Source: Patescibacteria group bacterium (GTDB lineage: Bacteria; Patescibacteriota; Microgenomatia; Levybacterales; GWA1-39-11). From it: 64,000 nucleotides of DNA. Positions 9,090-19,157 of the stretch are shown one piece after another. Position numbers and translations under genes: made by a program. The stretch's first letter is position 1. Every line of letters begins with the position of its first letter. The stretch lies in the NCBI GenBank assembly GCA_035545675.1, contig DASZYA010000004.1:6519-70518 (forward strand). The letters are read 5' to 3'. The notes under the pieces are model-generated. The model saw only the letters and a program-made list of their open reading frames with translations, was not told where the DNA came from and searched no databases.

Positions 9090-10112
9090 GTTTTTATAGA
9101 CAACAACTAGAAGCGAGATGAAAGGAATTGCAAGTAAAGCTCCTGCCATTCCCAAAAGCTTTCCGCCAATAATAATGCTTAGAATTATAACTATTGGGTT
9201 AAGTCCCACTGCTCTTTGCATGATTCTTGGAACGAGAACATGATTCTCAATAAATTGTATAAAGAAGTAAGATACGGCAACAACAATTCCTAAGAATGGC
9301 GAGATACTTAAAGCCACAAAAACAGCTGGAATCGCAGATATTATCGGACCAATGGTTGGAACTATTTCAAAAAGCGCTGCCGTAACAGCAAGCGGTAATG
9401 CAAACTCTATTCCAATAGCAGTCAGAACTACCCAAGTTAAGATTCCTATAAAAGCAGATAGCACTATTTGTCCACGAAGCCAGTTTCCAAGCTTGTCTTC
9501 AACTTGTTCTACTGTTCTTTTTACTTTCGCTTGATTCTTTTTTGGAAATAGCCCGGCAAAGCTGTCTATAACTGTCTCACGATACAAAAGAAGGTAAAAA
9601 GAGATAGCAAAAATTGAAACAGCCGACACTACTCCACCAAAAACTCTGGTAGTTACACTAATTGCATTTGATCCAATATTTCCAAGTTCATTTGTGGCAA
9701 GGCTATTTATTTGAGAGCTGTGAATTCTTGCACCAAAAAAGTCTATGTCGTGATTTAGATACCCCGGCAAAATCGCAAGTAAGGCTGATACCTGGCTAAT
9801 AAAGAAAGGCAGGATTGAGATTATGATTAAAACTAAGACAGCGATAGTTATAAGATACGGGATTGTTGCGGCAAGTGGCCTTGGTACGTTGTGTGATCTC
9901 AAAAACTTAACCACAGGGTAAATTGCAGACATTATGATGTAGGAAACAAAAAGAGCTACAATAATCTCGCGCATTGCAATTATTGCCCAAAATGTTACTA
10001 CAACAAGAAGCGCTGCTAATACCTGATTTTTGAGGAAGAAGTTGATAAATTGTTTTCTCATAGCCTCAATTATAAACATTATAGGTCTAAATTGCAAGTA
10101 AGAATAGGCCAA
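9081..10112 (-). CDS. AI-2E family (UPF0118/PerM-like) membrane transporter
   Basis: 8-TM protein with a conserved C-terminal block (HVLVPRIMQRAVGLNPIVIILSIIIGGKLLGMAGALLAIPF). Confidence 0.6.
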   Translation of the reverse strand: MAYSYLQFRPIMFIIEAMRKQFINFFLKNQVLAALLVVVTFWAIIAMREIIVALFVSYIIMSAIYPVVKFLRSHNVPRPLAATIPYLITIAVLVLIIISILPFFISQVSALLAILPGYLNHDIDFFGARIHSSQINSLATNELGNIGSNAISVTTRVFGGVVSAVSIFAISFYLLLYRETVIDSFAGLFPKKNQAKVKRTVEQVEDKLGNWLRGQIVLSAFIGILTWVVLTAIGIEFALPLAVTAALFEIVPTIGPIISAIPAVFVALSISPFLGIVVAVSYFFIQFIENHVLVPRIMQRAVGLNPIVIILSIIIGGKLLGMAGALLAIPFISLLVVVYKNLE

Positions 10113-10128
10113 ATGCTATAATGACCTT

Positions 10129-10731
10129 ATGGACAAATTGCTACTTCTTGATATAGACGGAACCCTATTTAACCCAGAGCAGTTCGGGAGGCTAATTAGG
10201 CACGAATTCGTCAGGATACTAGGCGTATCAGAGGAGGAGATCGTGCGTGCAAATGCCGATTATTACGCTACTCTTCCTACTACGACAGACTTTAATCCAA
10301 GAGATATAGCGCAACACATCGCAAATGCTTTCAGTGTGGACCAGGCCGAGCTAGATAAGGTATTTTGGGAAAACGAGCAAATCTATAAAGAATCTTTGTT
10401 TCCAGAAGTTCTTGATACCCTCAAAAAGCTATCAAAAACCCATACTCTTGGTATATTCTCCCAAGGAAATGAGGAGCTTCAAACAAGAAAGCTAAACGCT
10501 TGCGATATCGCCCAGTTTTTTGATCGTAACTACCTCTATATACACAAAAGGAAGCTTGAGGAAGAAGTTCTGAACCAAATTCCTGAAGCAGCCATAATAG
10601 TTGATGACAACCACGATTGGGTAAAGGAGATTAATGCAAAAAGAGGAGCGATATGGCTAAACAGAAGAACCGAAGATAAAGATCCAAGCCTTACAACCAT
10701 TCATCTCCTTTCAGATTTGTTAGCTCTTTAA
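10129..10731 (+). CDS. HAD-superfamily hydrolase
   Basis: N-terminal LLLDIDGTLF (DxDGT motif I). Confidence 0.6.
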   Translation: MDKLLLLDIDGTLFNPEQFGRLIRHEFVRILGVSEEEIVRANADYYATLPTTTDFNPRDIAQHIANAFSVDQAELDKVFWENEQIYKESLFPEVLDTLKKLSKTHTLGIFSQGNEELQTRKLNACDIAQFFDRNYLYIHKRKLEEEVLNQIPEAAIIVDDNHDWVKEINAKRGAIWLNRRTEDKDPSLTTIHLLSDLLAL

Positions 10732-11249
10732 TAAAGGTCTGGGTGCAGGAAGCGTCCTAATGCAAAAGCAACTCCATGTCTTACTCCTTCAGCTCTTGTT
10801 ACAACTCCTTTTGTCATAATTCCAAACATACCTATTCCCTCCCCAATCTTGTGGGTTCCAAATATTTCATCGATTGCTTGTTCCAGATTTTTTCCGCTTT
10901 CAATTTTTTTAATTAGCTTATCTGGTAATATGAGGCCGGCGGAAGCTCCTACTCCAATATTTCCTCTTTTATCAACTATTACAATCATTTGGTTTTCAAA
11001 ATGGCCGTAGGGATATTTTTGAATTCCTCCCTCAACGCCTACACCATAGCTTGCGTCTTTAACTTTTTTTAAAGCTCCCTTTGCTCGGTTTAAGGCTCCC
11101 TGATACATCTCGTCATTTGACATGGGTTGTTCTGAGACGCCGCTCGCAACATAGGTGCCCACGACCTTAACGTTTTTAAAATGGTGAGAGAAGACTTCCT
11201 GAACAGGAGATATCTTGGTGGGATTTGTGGAGCCTACTGCAACAATCAT
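10728..11249 (-). CDS. DUF84/YjjX-like non-canonical purine NTP phosphatase
   Basis: N-terminus MIVAVGSTNPTKISPVQEVF resembles YjjX (VCATTNPAKI); size 173 aa. Confidence 0.5.
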   Translation of the reverse strand: MIVAVGSTNPTKISPVQEVFSHHFKNVKVVGTYVASGVSEQPMSNDEMYQGALNRAKGALKKVKDASYGVGVEGGIQKYPYGHFENQMIVIVDKRGNIGVGASAGLILPDKLIKKIESGKNLEQAIDEIFGTHKIGEGIGMFGIMTKGVVTRAEGVRHGVAFALGRFLHPDLY

Positions 11250-11263
11250 GTGTAGGCCTATTA

Positions 11264-11395
11264 TATAGTAAAATTTTTATTTCTTAATTTTTAATTCTTA
11301 GCGAATTTTTAATATTTAAAATTTGAAAATTAATAATTCATTGGAAATTAGTAATTAGAAATTGGAAATTGATTAGATTATCTTTATAATCATGA
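11264..11395. repeat. intergenic repeat element copy A (~110 nt, AT-rich, aatttttatttcttaatttttaatt...gaaattag units) upstream of ruvC
   Basis: It is near-identical over ~100 nt to 16998-17110 upstream of msrA. Confidence 0.5.
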
Positions 11396-11399
11396 AGCT

Positions 11400-11882
11400 A
11401 TGATAGTTCTTGGAATAGATCCTGGTATTGGAAGAACTGGTTGGGGAGTAATTGAGGTAAAGGGTTCTAGAAATACCGCCCTTGCATATGACTGTTTTGA
11501 AACTCCTGCGACGAGAGAAACCGCTGCAAGACTAGTTGATTTGCGGGCTGAAATCTTACGAATAATTAAAAAACATAAGCCGGAAATGGTAGGTATTGAA
11601 GAGCTGTTTTTTAATACAAACGCAAAGACCGCTATGGTAGTTGGGCAAGCAAGAGGTGTTGTTTTGGAAGCTATTGCTGAAAATGGAATCCCAATAATAT
11701 CTATGACTCCACCAGAAATAAAAACTGCAGTAGCAGGATATGGAAAGGCAGATAAAGATCAGGTGGGAAAGATGGTAAAAATGCTTTTGGGGCTCCCCTC
11801 TGTTCCAAAGCCGGATGACACAGCAGATGCTTTGGCCTGCGCTTTGGCCTGTTCATTCTCTTATAAGATGAAGCTTGCCTAG
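11400..11882 (+). CDS. ruvC: crossover junction endodeoxyribonuclease RuvC
   Basis: MIVLGIDPGIGRTGWGVIE N-terminus, 160 aa. Confidence 0.85.
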   Translation: MIVLGIDPGIGRTGWGVIEVKGSRNTALAYDCFETPATRETAARLVDLRAEILRIIKKHKPEMVGIEELFFNTNAKTAMVVGQARGVVLEAIAENGIPIISMTPPEIKTAVAGYGKADKDQVGKMVKMLLGLPSVPKPDDTADALACALACSFSYKMKLA

Positions 11883-11899
11883 ATTGATATAATCACTTA

Positions 11900-12322
11900 A
11901 TGACAACCGAGCTAGACAATTTTTTTAAAGAATATCTTGAGGTCTCAAAATCTGGATTTGTTAAAGAAATTCTTCGAGGCTTGCCCTCTAATGTAGAGAG
12001 TGATGCTCGGGTAACCGCTGAGCGTTTGTTTGTGTCTTTTCGAGAAAATCGACTAAACTACAGTTCTGTAACGCTTTTTGAAGGCAGAAATAATGCCGGA
12101 CGAATAATCGCCGCATTGTATTTTGAGCAAAAACAGAAAGCTGGCTATAGTTTCGCTTTAAGCGAATTAATGGGCGAGTTAAGTGATAAAGTTGGCTCCC
12201 ACAAGACACTTGTTCCTGTGTTTGTAGATTTCGGAAGTGATTTAGATTTTGCTAGCGATATTGCAAGCAGAAATGGTGGTAAGTCTTTTAAGAAGATTTG
12301 GGAATTTTCCCCTGTGATATAA
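11900..12322 (+). CDS. hypothetical protein inserted between ruvC and ruvA
   Basis: 140 aa ORF in good context with tight spacing; no motif recognised. Confidence 0.35.
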   Translation: MTTELDNFFKEYLEVSKSGFVKEILRGLPSNVESDARVTAERLFVSFRENRLNYSSVTLFEGRNNAGRIIAALYFEQKQKAGYSFALSELMGELSDKVGSHKTLVPVFVDFGSDLDFASDIASRNGGKSFKKIWEFSPVI

Positions 12323-12332
12323 TCTTTGAGAA

Positions 12333-12902
12333 ATGATTGGATACCTCAATGGAAGTGTAATTGTAAGAGACGATCCCCTGTTAATAATTGAGGTAAATAG
12401 TGTTGGTTATAGGGTTCACGCAACTTCTGCTGTGCTCTCCTCCATTGTTGATAACAAAGTAAAAGTTTTTACATACACCCACGTTAGAGAAGATATTCTT
12501 GAGCTTTATGGGTTCTCAAAATACTCAGACCTTAAGCTTTTTGAAATGTTAATAAATGTAAGTGGTGTTGGTCCGAGAACTGCTATTGGGATTTTTTCTG
12601 TCGGAACGGCAAGCGAGATAACTCGCGCAATAATGGACGCGGATACTTCTTTTTTCACTCGTGTGCCTCGCCTTGGTGGTAAAAATGCTCAAAAGATAAT
12701 AATAGAATTAAAAAACAAAATTGGAGGCGAAGGAGTTTTGGATTTGGGAGATGGAATAGTTTCCCAGAGAAATGAGCTTGCCGATGCGCTAAGATCTTTT
12801 GGGTTTTCAAAAGACGAGATTAATGACGCAGCGCGTAATATAGATGGCTCAAAATCTGTTGAAGAGCAAATAAAGACGGCACTAAAGTACTTGGGAAAGT
12901 GA
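12333..12902 (+). CDS. ruvA: Holliday junction DNA helicase subunit RuvA
   Basis: MIGYLNGSV...VGYRV...LINVSGVGPRTAI (HhH), 189 aa. Confidence 0.8.
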   Translation: MIGYLNGSVIVRDDPLLIIEVNSVGYRVHATSAVLSSIVDNKVKVFTYTHVREDILELYGFSKYSDLKLFEMLINVSGVGPRTAIGIFSVGTASEITRAIMDADTSFFTRVPRLGGKNAQKIIIELKNKIGGEGVLDLGDGIVSQRNELADALRSFGFSKDEINDAARNIDGSKSVEEQIKTALKYLGK

Positions 12903-12973
12903 TTAAAGATTAAAGATTAAAGATTAAAGATTAAAGATTAAAGATTAAAGATTAAAGATTAAAGATTAAAGAT
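12903..12973. repeat. (TTAAAGA)n heptamer tandem repeat, ~10 copies, filling the whole ruvA-ruvB spacer
   Basis: A direct read of tgattaaagattaaag...gattaaagat followed immediately by ATG of ruvB. Confidence 0.9.
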
Positions 12974-14011
12974 ATGGTTAATATAAAGAAAACAAAGGGA
13001 ACGATTGTTGATGAGGCTACAACTCCGGAAGAAGAGGTTGTATTTACTACTCTTAGAGTCTCTGATTGGGATGATTTTGTAGGCCAAACAACGGTTAAGA
13101 AATCAATGCAGATTGGAATAGCTGCTGCCAAGAAAAGAAAAGAGCCGCTTGAACACGTCCTTCTTTATGGGCCTCCTGGACTTGGCAAGACAACCCTATC
13201 TCACCTGATCGCAAAAGAAATGGGCGCAAATATCCGCGTTACCAGTGGTCCGGCAATTGAGCGCGCCGGAGACCTTGCCTCTATTCTCACAAATTTAGAA
13301 GCCGGAGACGTTTTGTTTATTGATGAGATTCATAGGTTAAATAAAATAGTTGAAGAAACCCTGTATCCCGCAATGGAGGATTATGCTCTAGACATAGTTA
13401 TTGGTAAAGGGCCTTCGGCTCGTACTGTTAGGCTTGATCTTCCCCGCTTTACCATAGTTGGTGCAACAACTAGGGCCGGAATGTTATCTGGTCCGCTTCG
13501 TGATCGTTTTGGTGTAGTTCATAGAATGGTTTTCTATTTGCCGGAAGAGTTAGAAAAAATTGTAGAAAAAGCAGCAGCGAAACTAAAAGTAAAAATAGAT
13601 AAGGCTTCAATTGCAGAAGTTGCAAAAAGAGCTCGGGGTACACCTCGCATTGCGCTAAGGCTTCTAAAGCGCGCTCGTGATTATTCAGAAGTTCATGGTA
13701 AAGGTGATATAACGCACGACCTCACAGAAGAAGCGTTGGGTCTTCTCGAGGTTGATCCAATGGGACTAGATCATTTAGACAGACGTTATCTAAAAAGTAT
13801 TATAGAGAAGCATAGCGGTGGTCCAGTTGGAGTTGAAACAATCGCCGCCACCCTATCAGAAGACACAGGAACAATAGAGGAAATTGTTGAACCATACCTT
13901 TTGCAAATTGGATTTATAAAAAGAACAAAAGGTGGACGCGTTGCAACCCCTGAGGCTTATCGCCACTTGGAAATTAAGCAAAAAAAATCAGGACAACAAA
14001 ACCTTTTATAA
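12974..14011 (+). CDS. ruvB: Holliday junction branch-migration helicase RuvB
   Basis: [20 protein letters not shown] Walker A, sensor regions, 345 aa. Confidence 0.9.
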   Translation: MVNIKKTKGTIVDEATTPEEEVVFTTLRVSDWDDFVGQTTVKKSMQIGIAAAKKRKEPLEHVLLYGPPGLGKTTLSHLIAKEMGANIRVTSGPAIERAGDLASILTNLEAGDVLFIDEIHRLNKIVEETLYPAMEDYALDIVIGKGPSARTVRLDLPRFTIVGATTRAGMLSGPLRDRFGVVHRMVFYLPEELEKIVEKAAAKLKVKIDKASIAEVAKRARGTPRIALRLLKRARDYSEVHGKGDITHDLTEEALGLLEVDPMGLDHLDRRYLKSIIEKHSGGPVGVETIAATLSEDTGTIEEIVEPYLLQIGFIKRTKGGRVATPEAYRHLEIKQKKSGQQNLL

Positions 14012-14056
14012 CCACTTGACAACAAATTAGCACTCGTGGTACTCTAGTGCTAGACT

Positions 14057-16210
14057 ATGAATGATGACAACCAAAACATTGCAGACTTATTAAAGCCAGT
14101 CACTCCAGAGGAAGCGCTTAAGAAATTTACATATAATCTTACAGAGCAAGCCCGCGAGCACAAGATTGATCCCGTTGTTGGACGCGAAACAGAAATTAGA
14201 CGCGTCATGGAAATTTTATCTCGAAGAACAAAAAACAATCCTATTCTTCTTGGTGATCCCGGAGTTGGTAAAACAGCAATCGTAGAGGGTCTCGCACAAA
14301 AAATTGCAACAGGCGCAGTTCCAAGCGTTCTTAAAAACAAAGAATTAATAGTTTTGGACTTCGCGCAATTGTTGGCAGGTGCTAAGTTTCGCGGAGAATT
14401 TGAAGAAAGATTAAAAGGTGTTGTAAAAGCAGTTGAGGACTCCAATGGGAAATATATTATGTTTATTGATGAGATCCACATTCTTATTGGGGGAGGAGCA
14501 GCGGAGGGATCAGTTGATGCAGCAAATATTCTTAAGCCCTCTTTGGCCCGTGGATTGCTTAGAACGATTGGTGCTACAACGCTAAGCGAATACAGAAAAT
14601 ATATTGAGAGGGATGCGGCTCTTGCAAGGCGCTTTCAGCCCGTTAACGTTGACGAGCCAACAATTGAAGATACAATTGCAATCCTTCGCGGTATTAAAGA
14701 AAAATATGAGCTTCATCATGGAATTAGAATTACAGACAATGCTCTAATTGCTGCTGCTAAACTTTCTTCCCAATATATTCCCCACCGCTTTCTACCAGAC
14801 AAGGCTATAGATTTGGTAGATGAGGCAACTGCCTCTATTAAGATTGAGACTGAAAGTATGCCTTTTGAGCTAGATCAATTAAAAAGAAAAATTACTCAAA
14901 TAGAAATAGAGTTAGCTGCTTTAAAAAATGATAAAAGTACCCTTGCAAAAACGAGACGGGAGAATTTGGAAAAAGACCTTAAAGAATTAAAAGAAAAAGC
15001 AGGTGGAATTGAGGAGCGTTGGAATGAGCAAAAAGGGCTTATTCAGAAAATTCAGGAACAACGTGCAAAAATTGATGCTCTTAAGATAGAGTTAGATCGC
15101 GCTGAACAAAATGTAGATCTAAACCGCGCAGCAGAAATAAAATACGGAAAACTGCCTCAGCTAGAAGAGGAACTTAAGAAAATAACTAGCGAGTGGGAGA
15201 AGATTCCAGAAGAAAACAGAGTTTTACGTGAAGAGGTTGATGAAAATGATATTGCAAAAGTTGTTAGTCGTTGGACAGGGATTCCGGCAACAAGACTCCT
15301 TGCAACGGAAGCAGAACGCCTAACTCATCTTGAGGACGAGCTTAAAAAAAGAGTCATAGGTCAGGATGATGCTCTTAAGATTTTGGCACGCGCTATCAGG
15401 AGAAGCAGAACTGGGTTATCTGCAAAAGATAAACCAATCGGTTCATTTTTGTTCTTGGGTCCAACGGGAGTTGGTAAAACAGAAACCGCAAAGGCATTGG
15501 CCGAAATACTATTTTCAGATGAGCATGCGATAGTAAGGATAGACATGAGCGAGTATCAGGAGCAGCATTCTGTAGCGCGTCTTATTGGTGCGCCTCCAGG
15601 ATATGTAGGTTACGAAGAAGGCGGACAATTAACAGAGGCAGTTCGCCGCCGTCCCTACTCTGTAGTTTTGCTGGATGAAATAGAAAAGGCAAATCCTAGC
15701 GTTTTCAATATTTTGTTGCAAGTATTTGATGATGGAAGACTAACCGATTCAAAAGGTGTAACGGTAGATTTTCGTAACACTATAATTATTATGACTTCAA
15801 ATCTGGGATCAGAAATAATCAGAAAGAAGACGGGTAAAAATAATGAAGCTATTGAGCGAGAACTCATGGAGCTTTTGCATAAAAGCTTTAAGCCAGAGTT
15901 TCTTAATAGGCTTGATGGAATAGTTGTTTATGATTCTCTAACCGAGATTGAAATTAAAGAAATTTCAAAGCTTCAGCTAGAAGATGTTAAAAGACGCCTG
16001 GCAGAAAACAACATTGTTCTTGATATAACCGATAGTCTTGTTTCATACTTTGCAAAAGAGGGTTTTGATCCCATCTTTGGCGCCAGACCCTTAAGAAGGC
16101 TTATAGAAGAAAAGCTGGTTGATGAAGTTGCCATGCAGATTTTGGAAGAAAAAGTAAAACCAGGCATGACCATTAAACCCACCGTTAAAGATGATAAGAT
16201 CAGCTTATAG
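14057..16210 (+). CDS. clpB: ClpB-type AAA+ disaggregase lacking the N-terminal domain
   Basis: Two NBDs (GDPGVGKTAIVEG; GPTGVGKTETAKAL) and a coiled-coil M-domain (LDQLKRKITQIEIELAALKND...). It starts at the linker preceding NBD1 (IDPVVGRETEIRRV), 717 aa. Confidence 0.8.
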   Translation: MNDDNQNIADLLKPVTPEEALKKFTYNLTEQAREHKIDPVVGRETEIRRVMEILSRRTKNNPILLGDPGVGKTAIVEGLAQKIATGAVPSVLKNKELIVLDFAQLLAGAKFRGEFEERLKGVVKAVEDSNGKYIMFIDEIHILIGGGAAEGSVDAANILKPSLARGLLRTIGATTLSEYRKYIERDAALARRFQPVNVDEPTIEDTIAILRGIKEKYELHHGIRITDNALIAAAKLSSQYIPHRFLPDKAIDLVDEATASIKIETESMPFELDQLKRKITQIEIELAALKNDKSTLAKTRRENLEKDLKELKEKAGGIEERWNEQKGLIQKIQEQRAKIDALKIELDRAEQNVDLNRAAEIKYGKLPQLEEELKKITSEWEKIPEENRVLREEVDENDIAKVVSRWTGIPATRLLATEAERLTHLEDELKKRVIGQDDALKILARAIRRSRTGLSAKDKPIGSFLFLGPTGVGKTETAKALAEILFSDEHAIVRIDMSEYQEQHSVARLIGAPPGYVGYEEGGQLTEAVRRRPYSVVLLDEIEKANPSVFNILLQVFDDGRLTDSKGVTVDFRNTIIIMTSNLGSEIIRKKTGKNNEAIERELMELLHKSFKPEFLNRLDGIVVYDSLTEIEIKEISKLQLEDVKRRLAENNIVLDITDSLVSYFAKEGFDPIFGARPLRRLIEEKLVDEVAMQILEEKVKPGMTIKPTVKDDKISL

Positions 16211-16308
16211 CCTATAAAGAATTTCTAGTTAGAAATTGTAAGTTAATTAGAAATTAGAAATTAATTACAATACTTGATACTTAATACTCAATACCCGATA
16301 CTAATCTC

Positions 16309-16995
16309 ATGGAAAGGTATTTAACTCGCGACAGACTGCTGGAGGTTAGTAAGCACAAGCACTTTGGTTGGGGAGTGTCTTTTGTCATTGCCCTACTCAT
16401 ACTTGACCTTCTTTTTTTAAATTACAAAATAATATTTGTAAAACCAACTCTAGGAAGTAATATTCAATCTCAAACAACACAAACAGCAAGTAATTCGGAA
16501 GGCTCAACAATTACTGAGGCAAAAGACAGTTGTGGTCAGAATTGCCAGGCTTATATAAATAAGGCAATTTCTGATGCGATGGGTGAATCAAGAACAACAA
16601 GTGTTGGCACAAATACTTCTGCAAACCCCGCTAGTGAATACTTTGTGCCTCTTGGTAGCGGAGTTATTAATTCAACCTCGTGGCAAACAGTAGCTGGGAT
16701 GCAGGCATATATAGATAGTTCCGCTTATTCAAATATTGGTACTGTGACGTTTGAGATATCTATTAGTATCCCCTCCGGTAATGAAACTGCCAATTTTCAA
16801 CTTTATGACCAAACACAAAATCACCCTGTTTGGAATTCTGAAGTAACTTTTACGGGTGGTGGAACTCCACAGCTTTTGATATCTGCTCCCATTACTCTTG
16901 ATCCTGGCAATAATTTATATGTTGTGCAAGCTCAAACCCAACTACCCTTCCCTGCCTATATAACTCAAGCAAGGGTCCATATCATCACGCAATAG
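16309..16995 (+). CDS. hypothetical membrane-anchored secreted protein
   Basis: N-terminal TM (GWGVSFVIALLILDLLFL), then a Ser/Thr/Asn-rich domain. Confidence 0.35.
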   Translation: MERYLTRDRLLEVSKHKHFGWGVSFVIALLILDLLFLNYKIIFVKPTLGSNIQSQTTQTASNSEGSTITEAKDSCGQNCQAYINKAISDAMGESRTTSVGTNTSANPASEYFVPLGSGVINSTSWQTVAGMQAYIDSSAYSNIGTVTFEISISIPSGNETANFQLYDQTQNHPVWNSEVTFTGGGTPQLLISAPITLDPGNNLYVVQAQTQLPFPAYITQARVHIITQ

Positions 16996-16997
16996 AT

Positions 16998-17110
16998 TGC
17001 GTAATTTTTATTTCTTAATTTTTAATTTTTATTGAATTTTTAATGTTTTAAAATTTGAAAATTAATAATTGATTAGAAATTAGAAATTAGAAATTAGAAA
17101 TTAACCCGAT
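16998..17110. repeat. intergenic repeat element copy B plus (GAAATTA)4 tandem heptamers upstream of msrA
   Basis: It aligns with 11264-11395. gaaattagaaattagaaattagaaatta lies at 17080-17107. Confidence 0.5.
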
Positions 17111-17147
17111 ACTTGATACTAAATACTTAATACTTCATACTGTTGGT

Positions 17148-17678
17148 ATGGAAACGGCTACTTTTGCGGGCGGGTGCTTTTGGTGTACTGAGGCAATTTT
17201 CCAAAGGTTAAAAGGAGTTATGTCTGTTCTTCCTGGTTATTCTGGCGGGGAAACTGAAAACCCAAGTTATGAAGATGTTTCAAGTGGTACAACAGGACAT
17301 GCTGAGGCAACCCAGATAGAATTTGATCCGAGTGTTATATCTTTTGAAAAATTGGTTGAAATATTTTTTCACCTTCACGATCCCACTACTCTAAATCGAC
17401 AAGGAAATGATGTGGGTACTCAATATAGGTCTGCAATTTTTTACCATGATGAAAAACAAAAGGAAGAAGCGTTAAAAGTAAAAAAACAAATTGAGGACGA
17501 GCATGTTTATTCTGATCCAATTGTCACAGAAATTGTTCCTTTCAAAGCCTTTTATGTAGCGGAAGATTATCATAAAAATTATTACAATAACAATAAAGAA
17601 GCAGGATATTGCCGCGTAATAATAGATCCCAAAATCAAAAAACTCCTCGCAGAATACAAAGAAGAAGTGAAAAATTAG
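17148..17678 (+). CDS. msrA: peptide methionine sulfoxide reductase MsrA
   Basis: GGCFWCTEA active-site motif. Confidence 0.85.
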   Translation: METATFAGGCFWCTEAIFQRLKGVMSVLPGYSGGETENPSYEDVSSGTTGHAEATQIEFDPSVISFEKLVEIFFHLHDPTTLNRQGNDVGTQYRSAIFYHDEKQKEEALKVKKQIEDEHVYSDPIVTEIVPFKAFYVAEDYHKNYYNNNKEAGYCRVIIDPKIKKLLAEYKEEVKN

Positions 17679-17723
17679 ACTTCAACCTAATACCTAGAAG
17701 CTAAGGCCTAATCCCTGAAAAAT

Positions 17724-19157
17724 TTGAAAAAATTTTTCACAAGTGCTACGCTAAATCTTGTGAAGATCAAAATTGTTCCTGTCCTTTTGGTTATCATAGC
17801 TGTTTTAGTTGCCGGAATTCTATTTATGGCGGTAAAAAGCGGTGGCCTATTCAGTAGCAATAGCGCAACAATCTCAGGAAAGTTTGATATCAATGGTGTT
17901 ATTCCCGATGGTTCCACAATTACCCTTACAGAAAGAGAATTAAGTGCTCCAAAGGCAAAGGTCTTTGCAAGTGGAGTTCCTGTAGCAGATGAAGAGGAAT
18001 GGAGTTTTAATAATGCTACTAAGAATAAAACCTATGAAATTCAGGCACAAGTTGTTGTAAATGGCGCAGTAGTTACAACTTCAAGTCCCGTTGAAATAAC
18101 AGCTCCAGCAAGTGACGAGACGCTCACTCTTAATATTCAGTCAGATGAAAAAAAGACTGCCGTAATTTCTGGATCAATTGTAGTTAATGGTTATATTCCA
18201 AAGGGTTCAACAATAACTATCAAGGGGAGAAAGCTTGGTGTAAACGAGTTTACCACTGTTGCAAGCAACTTAAATGGACAGGCCAGACAGTTTATGAGTT
18301 ACACAACAGCAGTTGCCGGAACAACATATGAAGTAGAAGGAGTTCTTGTAAGTCCTTCCGGTCAAGAGATTGGTGCTTCAAGCCTTCTTTCTGTTACGGC
18401 CCCCGCAATTGACGAAACACTAACCATTAATTCTTCTGCCCAGTCGCCAACCATAGTTGCAAATACTCCAACTTCTGTTCCAACTACAGCTAGCGCTCCA
18501 TCATCAACTCCCGTTCCCGCTGCTCCATCTGCAGTGGTTTCTGGTGGAATTAACTTTAACGGTGCAGCACCAAGTAATTCTAGAATCGTTGTGTTTCAAA
18601 AACCTTTAAATGGATCAAGTTATCAAGTTGCGGTTGATAATATTTCTCCAATTGATGGAACTGCCTGGCAATGGAACGGAGCCCAAGCTTCTACTTGGTA
18701 TACAATGATTGCGATTCTAAAACAAAGAAATGCTAATGGTACAGATACGGATATTGCAACTTCTGCTCCGGTTACAATTGCAGCTCCTGCTACAAATGTA
18801 ATATTCACTATTAACTCCGGCGTTTCTCTCCAAGGGCCTGGCGGACCAATTACTGTTACTTGCCAAACTTATAATGGTGGACCAAACCAAAACAATTGGA
18901 ATGTAACGGTTAACTTTGGAACCGTATCTGGGGCTCAGTCATATTGGCTTCAGATAGGGTCCACAAATGGAGGAAATAATCTTACAAATACTACTCAGAA
19001 TGTTCAGGCCGGAAGTAACCAGACAATTGGGGTGACATTTAACAACAACACAACTTATTATGCTCGTTATGCATATGCAAATATTCCAAATGCTGGGGTA
19101 AGTAATTCTCAGTATTCAGCCTTTTCATCCACCACTCCTCTTCAGTGTAGCCACTGA
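17724..19157 (+). CDS. cell-surface protein with N-terminal anchor and internal repeated beta-rich domains
   Basis: TM helix, then repeated modules (SGKFDINGVIPDGSTITL / SGSIVVNGYIPKGSTITI; VEITAPASDETLTLN / LSVTAPAIDETLTIN / VTIAAPATNVIFTIN). Confidence 0.45.
   Translation: MKKFFTSATLNLVKIKIVPVLLVIIAVLVAGILFMAVKSGGLFSSNSATISGKFDINGVIPDGSTITLTERELSAPKAKVFASGVPVADEEEWSFNNATKNKTYEIQAQVVVNGAVVTTSSPVEITAPASDETLTLNIQSDEKKTAVISGSIVVNGYIPKGSTITIKGRKLGVNEFTTVASNLNGQARQFMSYTTAVAGTTYEVEGVLVSPSGQEIGASSLLSVTAPAIDETLTINSSAQSPTIVANTPTSVPTTASAPSSTPVPAAPSAVVSGGINFNGAAPSNSRIVVFQKPLNGSSYQVAVDNISPIDGTAWQWNGAQASTWYTMIAILKQRNANGTDTDIATSAPVTIAAPATNVIFTINSGVSLQGPGGPITVTCQTYNGGPNQNNWNVTVNFGTVSGAQSYWLQIGSTNGGNNLTNTTQNVQAGSNQTIGVTFNNNTTYYARYAYANIPNAGVSNSQYSAFSSTTPLQCSH

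Noticed and set aside
12903-12973. Heptamer tandem arrays considered as CRISPR arrays
   Set aside because: The units are 7 bp with no unique spacers and no cas genes, so they are simple tandem repeats.
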